A stretch of DNA of 64,000 nucleotides, taken from contig NC_087250.1 in the NCBI RefSeq assembly GCF_037042905.1, positions 17,796,001 to 17,860,000 of the forward strand, given 5' to 3'. Under the pieces are notes generated by a model. The model saw nothing but the letters and a program-made list of their open reading frames with translations. It did not search any database and had not been told where the DNA came from. How positions within the stretch are numbered: position 1 is the first letter of the stretch; each line of letters opens with the position of its first letter. Source of the stretch: Lytechinus pictus. Lineage: Eukaryota. Both the position numbers and the translations under genes were made by a program. Positions 48,750 through 61,765 of the stretch are shown here, piece by piece.

Positions 48750-51340
48750 TGTTTTATAATAAACATTTATTTGTATAGCGCAGCTTTTATGTGGATATAT
48801 TCAGCTGCGGCTTGTTCAGAGTTCTTGCTTATTTCTACACAGCACATTTTCTTAACAAAAGAGGTATTTTTTAAATTTTTATTTGAAGAGAGTCAACGAT
48901 GGAGAGCTTCTTATGTCAATTGGCAGGCTATTCCATAGTTTGGGACAGCAAGTGCAAATGCACGATCACCAATTCGACTTTTGTTTTGTGAAATGGGATC
49001 TGGAACAAAAATCTATTTGCGGAACTTCGCAGGCTTCGACTGTGTGATTGGGTTCTAAGATTTAGGAAATTCTGTAATGTAATGTGGGGTTTGACCGATT
49101 AATGATTTATATACAATTAACAGAATTTTGAATGAAATTCTTTGGCGTTCATGCAACCAGCGGAATTCTCTCAGAAGAGGTGTAGTGAAACTGAACTTTG
49201 GGACACGGTAGATAAGTCTTGCACTTGAATTTTTGGACTCTGTGTAACTTATAAATAGGACTATCAGGCATTCCAAACAACAAACCATTACCGTTGTCAA
49301 GCTTAACTGTATTAATCAGAGCATGTGACACCAGTTTGATACTTTCTTTATCAAAGCATTTGCGAATGCGCCGAATATTATACAGGAGATACTATGTTGA
49401 TTGGCATACATTTGTGACTTGAGTTTCTATGTTGAGGTTTGTACCAAAATAAACTCATAAATTACTTGCAGTATCAGAGGGTTTGACATTGGATACTCAA
49501 ATTTTCATACAGTTGATATTAATTTTAGAGATCTGCTGTGAGGTGCCAATGAGCAAAAAATCATTTTTGCTATCGTTTAATTTCACATTATTATTGAGCA
49601 TCCAACTAAGAATACAAATGATACATTGTTCTAGCCTTGAAACACTTGTGCCTGCAGAGGTAGAAGATGGCCTAAAAGATATATACAATTGTGTGTCGTC
49701 GGCATAACAATGACAAAAAAACTTCAGGAAAATTATTCTGAGTGATTATTGATAAGGCTACTTGTGTATAATGCAAAAAGTAAGGGACTGAGTCGTGAGC
49801 CCTGGGGCACGCCAAAAGGTACTGGTAAAGAATCTAAGAGAGTACCATCAATAACAACTTTTTGATGTGGATCAGACAAGTGTGACTTGATCCAGTTGAG
49901 AGCAACACCATTGATACCGAAACAATTCTGCAAAATTTCTTTAAGTCTGTTGTGGTTAATAGTATCAAATGCGCTACTTAAGTTTAGTATTACTAGAAGA
50001 GTGACTTTCTGATTGTCCATTGCCATCAAAATATCACTCTCAATCCCAAGCAGTGCAGTTTCTTTACTGTGGAATTTTCTATATGTGGATTGATAGGATG
50101 AAGGAAGTGAATGCTATTGATAAAATGTAAGATTTGTTGAGTGGCTGCACCTTCAAATTTTGAAATGTATTGTTAGTTCCTTACAAGTCTTAGATTACAA
50201 AATTCAGGATCCAGACCTGGGGTCCGTTTCATAAAGAGTTACAACTGTTGTAACTTTGCCATTCTGGCAACTACCATGACAAATTTGATTTGATTGGCTG
50301 CTGAGCCCTGTTACCATGGAAGTTGCCATAATTAGTTACAACAGTTGCAAGTCCCTTATGAAACGGGGCCCTTGTTTTTTTTTTTTTTTCAACAGAGGTG
50401 AAACCAGGGCTACTTTCCATTCAGTAGGAAAATGACCCGTAGACTGGGAGACATTGATTATAGATAAAATATATAGATATCATACAAGTTTGCCAATTCA
50501 GAAATATCTCGTGATACATGTAAATTTCTACATAGCGTACTATCTGCAAGCTCTTAGTTAACGACACAATCTTGTCGGTCAAAAATGGTTTACATGTGTT
50601 GAGATGGCACATGTCTGGAAAATGATCTGAAATAAGATATTTACATGGCCATGGCTGACCAACAATTACATGATCAGTTTGGCAACAAATACGGAGGTCA
50701 AGCGTGTGACCTTGAGAATGAATACACAGTAAGGTATAGTGATACAAAGAGATGCATAATACATCATGGATGTTTACATATAGTCCAGGATAGAAGGGGT
50801 CGAATTTTTTTTAGATATACAATTATTTTATGGTTTCTTGTCAATTCGAGGGTGCTGATTCCGAATCTGAATAATGCCATTCGTGTAACCTTGAGCATTT
50901 TCTGCAAATTGGCAAAATCCAACATGGCCGCCAAAATTATGCAAATTACCCATAAAAATCACAAGATTTTTGGCAATAAAGTACATGCAGTTGTGCTGCC
51001 GGAGTGAAATACTTTCTGAAAAATGATTTTTGACAAAATATTTATTTTCTTGGTATTTATATGACCATGGCTGACCAACAATTACATGATCAGATTGGCG
51101 ATAAATACGGAGGTCAAGCGGGTGACCTTGAGAATTAATGTAAACTGAGTACAACAGAGTGATTCGAGAAGATCTTTAAATGACTTTTATTCTGTTGAAA
51201 TCACAAGTTATTAAGAGTGGGACAATGGACAGTAGGTGATCCTGGATGTATTCATCAAATTGAGAAAGAAACCATGCAACAGACACCGGATGAGACTCTG
51301 AATATGGGGGTCTGTACACATCATTCGATTTAAGATGAAA
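48750..51340 (-). mobile_element. Degenerate L2/CR1-group LINE (APE + RT)
   Basis: YRPP...LLITCDFN and GHTLDL (APE); LNLSSAFDTINH, GVPQGS.LSPLLF, CYADDTQLY (RT); TTPLLREFRWL. Many frameshifts. Confidence 0.85.
50219..50371. mobile_element. Short palindromic MITE (Harbinger-like ends)
   Basis: ggggtccgtttcataa ... ttatgaaacggggccc. Confidence 0.7.
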
Positions 51341-51576
51341 TAATCCTTTGGGTTGGCATTGACATAAAGATTGACACATGTTGGGAAGTCCACAGGTAGT
51401 CCTTGACTTTGCCAATTTGACGGAGATGGTCAAGGTTGGGACACTGCCCAGTAAAATGTTCCACAGTCTCGTCGGCAGATTTGCAAAGAGGGCAAGTTCG
51501 ACTGGATGATTTCTTCAGCGTGAAAAGACGACACTGTGTTAAGTAGGTAGCTGTGAGGAGTTGAGCTCTCACCACA

Positions 51577-54500
51577 GATGCTCATCATCATCATCATCAT
51601 CATCACGGGTACACAGCAACAGAACGAAAGTTCCATGACGCTGTGGTCGGGTGCAGATGCGACATTGATTAGTTTAGAGCAGCCTTAAATTTGTCAAGGG
51701 ATTGCATTGATGTAATGGCTAAGGGAAGGTCGTTCCAGTTCCGTATGGTTCTGGGCAGGAATGAGTACAGGTGCCTATCAGTTCTGGATTCGATGATATT
51801 GTAGGCATCTGGTGTAAAGCGTCGACTTGGACGGCTAGAGTTTCTAAGGTGGAGTTTGGTTGACGTTACTGGAGATTCCCCCTTATGAATTAAGTAGAAC
51901 TGGCTCAATCTGGCATTGAGTCGTCTGTCAACAAAACTTTCCCACTCTAATTGTTTCAGCATCTTGGAAACACTGGACTTACGACTGTAGTCGTTGATCA
52001 CAAAAGAGCGGCTCTTCTCTGAACTTTATCTAACAGTAACAGCAGACGCATACTCCAGGTGTGGACGAACAAGAGCTTTGTAAGCTTTCCCTTTGGTATC
52101 AGAGCTGCACTGATGGATATTTCCTCGAAGGGTACCAAGAATCTTATTTGCTTTGCTGACTATTCGCTGATAGTGTGATTTCCAAGTAAGATCAGCAGAA
52201 ATCGTTACTCCAAGGTAAGTATGTTTATGAACTCGATCCAGAGTTTCTCCGATCATGGTGTACTCATGAAGGAGTTTCGATCTCATCAGACCCAGGGACA
52301 CGATATTACACTTCTTAGGGTTAAAGGTCATCTGCCACTTAGAAGCCCATCGACAAACAACGTCAAGATCCTTTTGGAGCCTGAAACAATCTTGAACACT
52401 AGAGACGGTGGTGTATAAGATGCAGTCGTCCGCAAACAGTCGTACATTGCACTGAAGCTCTTCAACAATGTCGTTGATGTAGATTAAGAATAACAACGGG
52501 CCTAATACAGTCCCTTCTGGGACCCCGGATATTACTGGGTGCCATTTTTGGTTACGCCATTGATGATAACACGTTGTTGTCGCTGGGTCAAGAACATATT
52601 AATCCAGTTCAAAACTTTATTTCTGATGCCATAATGGTGTAATTTTGATTTAAGCCTTTCGTGAGGCACGCAGTCGAAGGCTTTTGTGAAGTCCAAAATT
52701 GCAGCATCGATTTGTTGCGAGTTGTCAATTCCTTCCGTCCAATCATTGACAACCTGAATCAATTGAGCGACACATGAATGTCCCTTCCGAAAACCATGTT
52801 GCAATTGGGTCAAAATTTTATGCTTATCAAGGTGTTTGCTGATCTGAAAGTGGAGTATATGTTCCAAAAGCTTACACATAATTGATGTGAGGGAAACAGG
52901 ACGGTAGTTTTCAGGATTTCCTCTAGATCCCTTCTTGAAGATTGATGTTATGTTTGCCAAGAGCCAGTCGTCTGGGAGAATCCCTGTGTCCAGGGATTGC
53001 TGGAAAAATTATGTCAGAACGGGAGCCAATTCTGCTGCTGATTCTTTCAAAATTCTGGCAGTGATCTCGTCAGGACCAGCAGCTTTACTCGTGTCTAAGT
53101 TTTTGAGAAGCTTCAGGACACCTTGTCTAATCTCGATGTCATCCATAGCGGGGAATTCAATTAGCGTGAACGGGATGCAGTCATCCTTCTCAATTGTAAA
53201 GACGGAGTTAAAATGATTTGCAAGTGCTACAGCCTTTTCAGAATCTGTAATTAAAAGTTTAGAGTCCTTTTTCAGAGTTGGTATGGATGAATTATCCAGT
53301 CTTTTACCTCGGATGTACTTCCAGAAGGGTAGCTGATCTTTCTTCAGGTCATCAATGATATTCTTGATGTATTCAGACTCTGCCTTCTTGATGACTTTCT
53401 TGACATTTCGCCGTACTTCTCTTAAAGGAGAATGAAACTCTTGGAGCAAGTTAGCTTTTGTGAAAGCAGAAAAATCAAAGAATAAGATCAACAAAAGTTT
53501 GAGTAAAATAGGACTAGCAATAGAAGAGTTATGAGCATTTGAATGTCGAGATCACTAATGCTATGGAGATCCTCCCATTGGCAATGCGACCAAGATATAT
53601 GATGTCACAGATGAACAACTCTCCCCTTTTGGACACTGAAAATATACCCCAAAATATATCTTTTTGCTCATTCTAATCATATGACAAACGATTCATCAAT
53701 TATATAATGTTGTGAAACCTCTGTACTTGTCCTCTCATAAAGAGAACACCTCACCTTGTGATAGACTCTATAAAAGTGAGAATATAAGTGAAATAAGTAC
53801 TAAAGTAATGAGGGAGTTGTACGTGTGTGACATCACAGATCTTGGTCGCATTGCCAATGATAGGAACTACATGGCATTAGTGATCTCAATATTCAAATGC
53901 TCATAACTTTCTTATTATTCATTTAATCTTCCTCAAACTTTCAACAATATGTTTCTTTGATTTTTCTCTTTGATATGGATTCAGCTGGTTTCAAGGGTTT
54001 CATTCTCCTTTAAGGCTTCCCAGTCAGTAGACAGAAGAGACTTCTTGGCTTTCTTGTGAAGTTTGTTGCGTCTTTTGATCAGTTTACTAATGGTTTCAGT
54101 TACCCATGGAAGACTATTCGATTGCCTTGACATTTTTCATGGGATATTTTTATCTCTGGACCTAAGTACAGCATCTTTGAGACTGTTGTACATTTCCGAA
54201 ACAGATTTCTGAGTTGAATTTAGAGCGAAATGTTGCTCTTTAAACTGACTCATATCTTTAAGCATTTGATCGAAGTCACCTTTGTTAATCAAGTAAACTT
54301 CATGTCTTGGTTTCTTGAGAAGCTTGGGTTTTGGCACAACAGAAGTTAGACCAAATCATGGTCACTAAGGCCTGCCCTGACTATGCACCTCTGGACTTTG
54401 CAGGGTAAGTTGGTTAATACGAGATCCAGGATATTGGCTGTTGTCTCGGGGTCTCTGGTAGGCTCCTTGGTCATCTGCGTAAGATGAAATTCATCACAGA

Positions 54501-56441
54501 CTGACAACAGATGCCTTCCATGGTGGCCTCCAGCCGTAGATGGATCAGTAGACCAATTAATCTCTGGACAATTAAAATCTCCAGTTAACACCATAAAAGG
54601 CATGTTCTTTTGGTAGATTTTACCTAATGATTCTTCAAGCTGTGACCAATGCTCAATAAGTTGGCTAGGTGTTCTATTTAAATTTCCAATATACAGTGGT
54701 TTTGCATCTTGTTAAATGGATGCATACCCATATTATTTCACAGTTGGTGTCCATTTCTGGGCAATGAGTACTAACAAGATTTGATTTAACAACTGTGATA
54801 ATCTCACCACCTCCACGTTTCCTATCCTTCCGATACACATTGAAATGTGTAGGGAACAGTTCATATGAGGACACATTTTCATCAACTTTAGATTCCGTTA
54901 CACAAACAATGTCAGCCTCATGTTGGTCTATGAGAGCATGAAAAGCAGCAATTTTTATTACTCAGCCCTTCAGCATTAATTGTCAAAATTTTAACATCAC
55001 ATTTTCCAATGCACTTAGTTTGAAATCGAATTCCAGTTTGCTTGTCTGCCTGCTTATTCTTCCCTATACCAAGATCAGGCATTACCATTGGTGAATTGAT
55101 GTGAGATGGAGATTGAGTGTCTCCATTCGGTAGTAAGTTTAAATCTATACTCATGTCAGACAAATCGGTTGAGTCGCTATTTTCAGGGTTTACAGTATCA
55201 TTGTCAAGAAATGAATAACTAAATCTTAGTACATCACAGCTGGGACAATACCATTCAAACTCTCCGAGACCAATGTGGTGATCATACAGCTGATCAGAAA
55301 CATCTGCACATTTGGTGTGAGTCCATTCATTACACCGATCACTTTCCAGAGCCGGATGTTTTTTTGGCAACATGTTTAGCGCATATTGTGCATGGGTACC
55401 GTTGGTAATTGGGCCCGGGGTTTGGGTGTACATTCCCACTAATGAGCATGTGTAGGGCAATCAATAACTTCAATCTCGGAACAACAGACCCGTGCGTATT
55501 CAACGAAATGAGGGTATGAACTATGAATTATGGAATGGGGGTATGAACTATGGAGGTATGAACTATGAACTATGGAAAACCCACGGATTTTCAATTCATT
55601 CCGGCGTGATTGGTAGAAAACAAATATGTAGCTAGGAACAGATTGTACGTCCTTATTCCGTGGAGCTGAACTCTGAACCTGAAAGTCCTTGCCCTCATGT
55701 TTGTAGGCTTGTCTTTAGGACATTAATTGATGAATAAATCTCTATCGTTAATTCTATGAATAGTGAATGCTGGGCAGGTTTTCCCTTTCTTGTCCTGATA
55801 GTTTCTTGCAAATGTCGTCTCTTCATATTTAGCGTTATATTGTACGAGTATATTGTCAGAGTGTTTTTCTCTTAATGAAGTAAGAAATTGGAAAGTTCCT
55901 ACCTTATTCCAGCGCGGAGCCAAAGGCGTGGCACAAAAGTGGCAGTGTAGGCCCAAAACCAAAGTGAGCCAAAATATGACTAAAACACAAGTGGTGGTCA
56001 TCCTCCAAAAATCACTTGATAATCCTTCACAAAAAGGTACGGTTAGCTTTCCTTTCGACTAGAACTTGGAATTTGCTGTTAATTCCAGGGTGAATCCACT
56101 CCGAAAAATCTCTCTTTTGATTTTCCCGCGCTTTCAAGATGGCGGCTACCGACGGCTTTCTTAACGAATGCAATAGCTGGGACTACAGGCTACAGTCAGA
56201 TACGTACAGTCAGTGTGCAAGCGAATGGTGATGTGGCGAAATCAACTCACTAAAACTAACTCCTAATGCCGAAAAAGCACCATAAAATGTCCACAAAAAG
56301 TTGGTAAAAACTGGGTATAGCACACGTTAAAAGACTTTCAAGGCTAAAAAATTGCTAATTTTTTTTTTAAAGACGAATTTAAAAAGTTAAAAATGTTAAA
56401 AGCGAGAGCGCGAGCTAGACACGTCTGCACCCGACAAGCAA
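51577..56441 (-). mobile_element. Near full-length degenerate CR1-group LINE (2A-like - PHD - APE - RT) with (GAT)n tail
   Basis: PHD C..W.H..C....W.CPSC; APE LTGDFN, LDLVLTN, SDH; RT NYRPVSLTS, LDFTKAFD, FADD. The tail is catcatcat at 51583-51605, and a 7-bp TSD caccaca lies at 51570-51576 and 56442-56448. Confidence 0.88.
53426..54009. mobile_element. Kolobok-like MITE nested in the CR1-group LINE
   Basis: TTAA-aggagaatgaaac ... gtttcattctcct-TTAA with internal inverted arms. Confidence 0.85.
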
Positions 56442-56767
56442 CACCACACTGTCTTCGTATGACAGGAGAGGGTACACTTTTCGGATACAGGAATTTAGCA
56501 GAAGGACGTATACAATCCTGCCAGTACTTATGAGATGGCTTGAAAAGGATTCATTGACGTGTGTTGTGTTTGGTCAGCAGGTTCACTTTGTAATTGACCA
56601 ATCACTTCCAAGATAAGTATACGGGAGGATTTGAAAGAAGACTGTGAAGATCAGGAAGATCGTACTTCTTTGCTATGTCCTGCAAGATGAGTATTGTAGG
56701 AGAGGGCTTCTAGGAATATTCTAAACTCGAAGCGACTGTGATCGAGGTTGAGGAGTTGACCTACAAG

Positions 56768-59700
56768 CATGGGCGGAAATCTGTCCCGAAAGTTAGGGGG
56801 AACAACAGGGGCGGATCCAGCATTCGCCAATGGGGGGGGGGGGGAATTTTTTTCCAGCCATATGTTAATCCCAGATCGGCCGCTCGAAGATGATTTTTGT
56901 TTGTTTCATTGAAGGAGTAGTCCTCATGGCCACTTTTTAGCTTTATTCTTATAATTCAACATACATATATAATATCATATTTCTTATCTATATAATGCGA
57001 GCGCGAAGCGCGAGCAATTTTTTTTGGGGGGAATTTTATGTATTTTTTCCTAAAATTTGAACATTCTGGGCAATGTTTGTTATCCTGAAAAAGATGTATA
57101 TGCAACTAAATAATTACTTCGAACGCGAAGTGCGAGCAGATGTTAACTGATGGAAATTAAAGGTTAGCCATGAATACGTTACATATTTGAATAATCAAAT
57201 AATGCGAGCGCGAAGCTAGAGTTTAAATTTTTTAAAAATGTTTGCCTAAAGAATGGAAATTCTAAGCACTTTTTGTAACTGAAACATATAATAGGTCTAT
57301 AATTAAACAATTGATGCGAACGCAAAGCGCGAGCGGAAAATTTTGAGATTAAGACCTAAGAACTAGACACTCTATTAAGGATGAGTAATTGGGGGCCTTC
57401 CTTACACCCGGTCCTTACATTAGTAAAGCGAGTGCAAAGTGCAGCCATAAAATATTTTTTTATTTGAACTGATCGAAAAGGTACTTGTTAAGGACTGCTT
57501 GCACTTAGCCATAAAGACGTTACATATTTCAACAATCAAATAATGCTAGCGCGAATCGCGAGCTGAAATAGTTGACATTTCTACAAAAAGAATCAAAATT
57601 TTTAATCAGTTTTTCGTAATCGTTAACAGGGTAGCTATATAACTAACCAATTGATGCAAACGAAGCGCGAGCAGAAAAATTCGAGATTTAGACCTAACAA
57701 GTGGAATGCCTCTGGCGGTCTCACCTGCATCACGCGATTCAATATAGCAGCAGTGCTGACTTTGAAAACTACTATAACTCGCACAAGATATTCAGTGATA
57801 CTTGGTTACTCTTATTTCCACGTTTTATGAACTAGACCAATACACAAAGATATGGTATCAAATTCAACAAATACACCCAACGTGGCCAAAGTTAATTGAC
57901 CTTACATGACCTTTAACCTTAATCATGTGACCTGGAACTCGCACAGGATGTTCAGTGATACTTGATAACTGTTATGTCCAAGTTTCACGAGTCAGATCCA
58001 TAAACTTTCAAAGTTATGATGGTAATTCAACAGATGCCCCCATTATGGCCAAAGTTCATTGACCTTTGACCCTGGTCATGTGACCTAAATGCACACAGGA
58101 TGTTCAGTGATACTTGATTACTCTTATGTCCAAGTTTTATGAAATAGACCAACATACTTTCAAAGTTATGATGGTAATTCAACAAATACCCCCAATTTGG
58201 CCAAAGTTCATTGACCCTAAATGACTATTGACCTTAATCATGTGAAGTGAAACTTGCACAGGATGTTTAGTAATACTTGCTTACTATTATGTCTAAGTTT
58301 CACGAATCAGATCCATAAACTTTCAAAGTTAAGATGGTAATTCAACAGATACCCCCAATTCGGCCAAAGTTCATTGACCCTAAATGACCTTTGACCTTGG
58401 TCATGTGACATGAAACTCATGCAGGATGTTCAGTGATACTTGATTAACCTGAAGTTTCATGAACTAGGTCCATATATTTTCTAAGTTATGATGACATTTC
58501 ACAAACTTAACCTTAAGTTAAGATTTTGATGTTGATTCCCCCAACATGGTCTAAGTTCATTGACCACAAATGACCTTCGACATTAGTCATGTGACATGAA
58601 ACTCAGGCAGGATCTTCAGTAATACTTGATAAACCTTATGGCCAAGTTTCATGAACTAGGTTCATGTATTTTCTAAGTTATGCTGCCATTTCAAAAACTT
58701 AACCTTAGGTTAAGATTTGGTGTTGACGCCGCCGCCGTCGGAAAAGCGGCGCCTATGGTCTCATTCTGCTATGCAGGTGAGACAAAAACAGGACACTCTA
58801 TTCATGTTTTGTAAATCATGAAAAGGATGAGCAATAGAGGATCTTTCTACATTAATAATTCGAGCACAAAGCGCGAGCAGAAAATTTTTGATATTGCGAT
58901 CTGAAACTGGATAATGATTTAAATAGAGAACAAGTTGAATATTTGAATAAACATGCGCGTGTTTTAGATTTAGACCTAGAATCTAGGCATTCTACACCTC
59001 TTTTTTCATGAAAAATCTGGAAAGAGTCCATTTCAGCTATAATTATCACAAGCACTTTGTAGGAAAATTGTGAGGTGGATATGGATCGCACTTGATATAG
59101 AGCTGATATTTTTCATTGTTATTTGAGTTTTGACATAGGACCGGGACATCCTTGGGACATGTCATATGAAAATGATGACTATCGTCCTATTCCTCTTGCT
59201 AAGCGCGAGATGAAACAAAAGGGACAATTTAATCGTTAAATTATTATCTTATTTATTAATGCTTAATGAGGGCGAGAAATCTGATGATATTATGGCCTGA
59301 AAACTGGACATTGATTTTAAGCGATTTTGTAATTATGAATAGAATGCATCAGTCAAAATATTTTTTAACCATTACTGCGAGCACAAATCGCGAGCCAAAA
59401 TCTTTGACAAACTGTCATGAAAATCAATATTGAGACATACATAAATCGCCAATTAAAATGCGAGCGAGCAGCCAGCGCTATCTGATACGTTTTGACAACC
59501 AGACTTGATTTTTTTTCAAACTAAATGAAATACACAAAAATAATAGGTACTTAATAAATCGAAATTTGCGAGCGCTCAGTGCGAGCAGAAAATGTCAATA
59601 TTCAGACCATGAAGCTGTCACTTTTACAGAGCACTTTTTAAAAATCAGTTTGTAAATCACACAAAATAATGAAAGTTCGATTTCCGAGGTGAAATGTGTA

Positions 59701-60079
59701 ATGTATATTGACTTCCAAACTTGATATTTAAGCTCCATATTGAAAAATCACCTGACAGGCAATGCGAGCGCGAGGCGCGAGCGAAAATTTCATATAGTGA
59801 CATGAAAGATTTTTTTTATTTTCCAAGTCTTCCCCTCATCTTATTTTAGTCACTCTGGAAGATTTGACAATTCCCCCCCCCCAAAAAAAAGAGAAAGTTT
59901 TCAACCAAAATGTAAGGTCATTTAGTCCAAAATACACGTATTATTTCGAATGTGAATGATGCATTTTTCTCCATCATAAAAGACCAAAAATAGTAGGGGG
60001 GACATTTGATATTGTGTGCCCCCTACTATTTTTGGTAGGGGGGACACGTCCCCCTGTCCCCCTGGGATTTCCGCCCATG
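56768..60079. mobile_element. Long non-autonomous hAT-like element with recurring gcgagcgcgaagcgcgagc motifs (same family as 10903-11139)
   Basis: TIRs catgggcggaaatc / gatttccgcccatg; TSD cctacaag / cctacaat. The right end is the reverse complement of the left end of the 10903 MITE. Confidence 0.8.
57696..58787. mobile_element. Helentron/DINE-like non-autonomous rolling-circle element with ~180-bp internal tandem repeats
   Basis: Subterminal inverted repeat gtctcacctgcat / atgcaggtgagac, a GC hairpin near the end, repeated tgacctttgacc units, and no TSD (inserted in an A run). Confidence 0.65.
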
Positions 60080-60899
60080 CCTACAATAAGCAGATTCGTG
60101 CGATCTATTTGTGATGAGACTGGAAGGAGAGCAGTGAGGAGGTAGACGATCTCGTCGGCAGCAGTCTTGGGTCCCCTAGAACTTGATTAAAGAGATGAGA
60201 TTGAGCCCGGTCTAATTGTACAAGCATAGATTTAGTGAATTTGTGGTTAGATGAACCGTGCAGCATTCTAGGGATGCAGAAACTTTTTCAGAGCTGAGAT
60301 ACAAGAGTAGGAACCAGACCCCCGGTATATGCTCCAGTACCAGTGAGAGCAAAGCAAGTACGAATACCAGTTCCTATGGTGTCGCCAGTTAGATCCAATC
60401 GTATCGCAGACTTGAGGATACCAAGATGGGGGTGAATGACTTTCTCTCCGATGGTAGATCTGTCGAATTCCCAGGATGAGTTCGATGGTTGTTTTTTCCT
60501 GCTGCTCACAATCACTGCACTTTTAGAGGGATTTGTCCTGTATTGCCATTGCCTGACATTGTCAAAGGTGGTCTCTAGCATCTGCTGAAGCTCTAGGGAT
60601 GAGTTACAGATGAGTGCGACATCGTCAGCTAGTACAGTGATTCCGGAGAAGCGACCCCGTACAGAGCAGCCATGGTTCTTCTCCCGTATGACTTTTATGA
60701 GACCATCCACAAACACGGTGTACAATGTTGGTGAGAGAACGGCAACGCCCCCTTGTCTTACACCTTGAGTGACTGGTATCTGTTCGCTGACTTTCCCCTT
60801 TCAGAAGACTCTGCTTTGTAGAACTCATCTTGAATGGCGACCTGTGGATTCTTGGCGAAGAGTGACGACGAAATATCAAAGAGTTGAAGAATAGTTGAA

Positions 60900-61227
60900 G
60901 AATATGCCTCTAAAATGCTGAATATTGACCGATTTAAGGATTTGCAAGTTGATGCAATTAAATCTGCACCGAAAGGACGAGATGTGTTTGTAAACCTAGT
61001 CCACAGGATATGGAAAAAAGTGTTATCTTACATGCGATTCCACTTTGCGTTGTGTTGATTATCTCTGCGTTGAGGGAATGCTGGAGTCGAGTTCTTCAGT
61101 TGGTGCTACCCCTTGTGGACCAGGCCGATCTCCCGGGAAGTTTCGGGGCGGTGATACGTCTGTTACGGCTAGTACCACTACTTGTAGCATTTTGCTGGGA
61201 ATATCCCCTTTAGTGTCCGCAATTAAA
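60900..61227 (+). pseudogene. RecQ-like SF2 helicase N-terminal fragment
   Basis: DRFKDLQVDAIKSAPKGRDVFVNL/TGYGK/SVILHAIPL (motifs 0 and I, across two frameshifts) and SILLGISPLVSA (motif Ia). Confidence 0.65.
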
Positions 61228-61765
61228 TGAATCCTCACCAAAAGTGGTTTATTCCGAACTCCGGACGAAACAGCTTTGACATTTCATTGGTCAATTTACG
61301 ATGTAACCGTTCAATGTTTCATTGAGCATAGGTATATTCACTAGAAAGACGTTCCTCATGAATATAGAATTCAGCTCAGATGTCAAGAGGCCATGGCTCG
61401 CTGCGCTACAGGCCTAATTCGCTTTGCAAATTAGGATATCCCTCGCTTTACTCGGGAAGCAGCCGCCAGGGCCTCGACAAGAGGCTAGGATATGGCTGGA
61501 CATCGCCGGCATGAAGCAGTTCAAACTAAAAGGAGGCATTGCTGTTTACACTATATGGGATCCTCCTTTTAAGAAAATGTTGTCTAGTGAAAAGTTCACA
61601 ACCCAAAGAATGTACAGTGGTATGTCCACTGCAGTCCACAAAGTCAATAGCACAAGCAGAGTAGCACAAAAGGATGAATAGTCCCCCGATGAACAGCCTG
61701 CATTGTGGTTGATCTCAGTCAGAGCATTCAAGTTCATTGACGTACATGTAAACTACACAATAGCT

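Larger units (their letters stand above)
51400..60880 (-). mobile_element. RTEX-like LINE broken into three pieces (about 60880-60080, 56767-56442, 51576-51400)
   Basis: QGVRQGG..S...YTVFVDGLI...VLADDVAL (RT). Rejoining across the inserted elements gives YEDSVVRAQLLTATYLTQ...CPLCKSADETVEHFTGQC (C-terminal CCHC). The clade label is inference. Confidence 0.7.
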
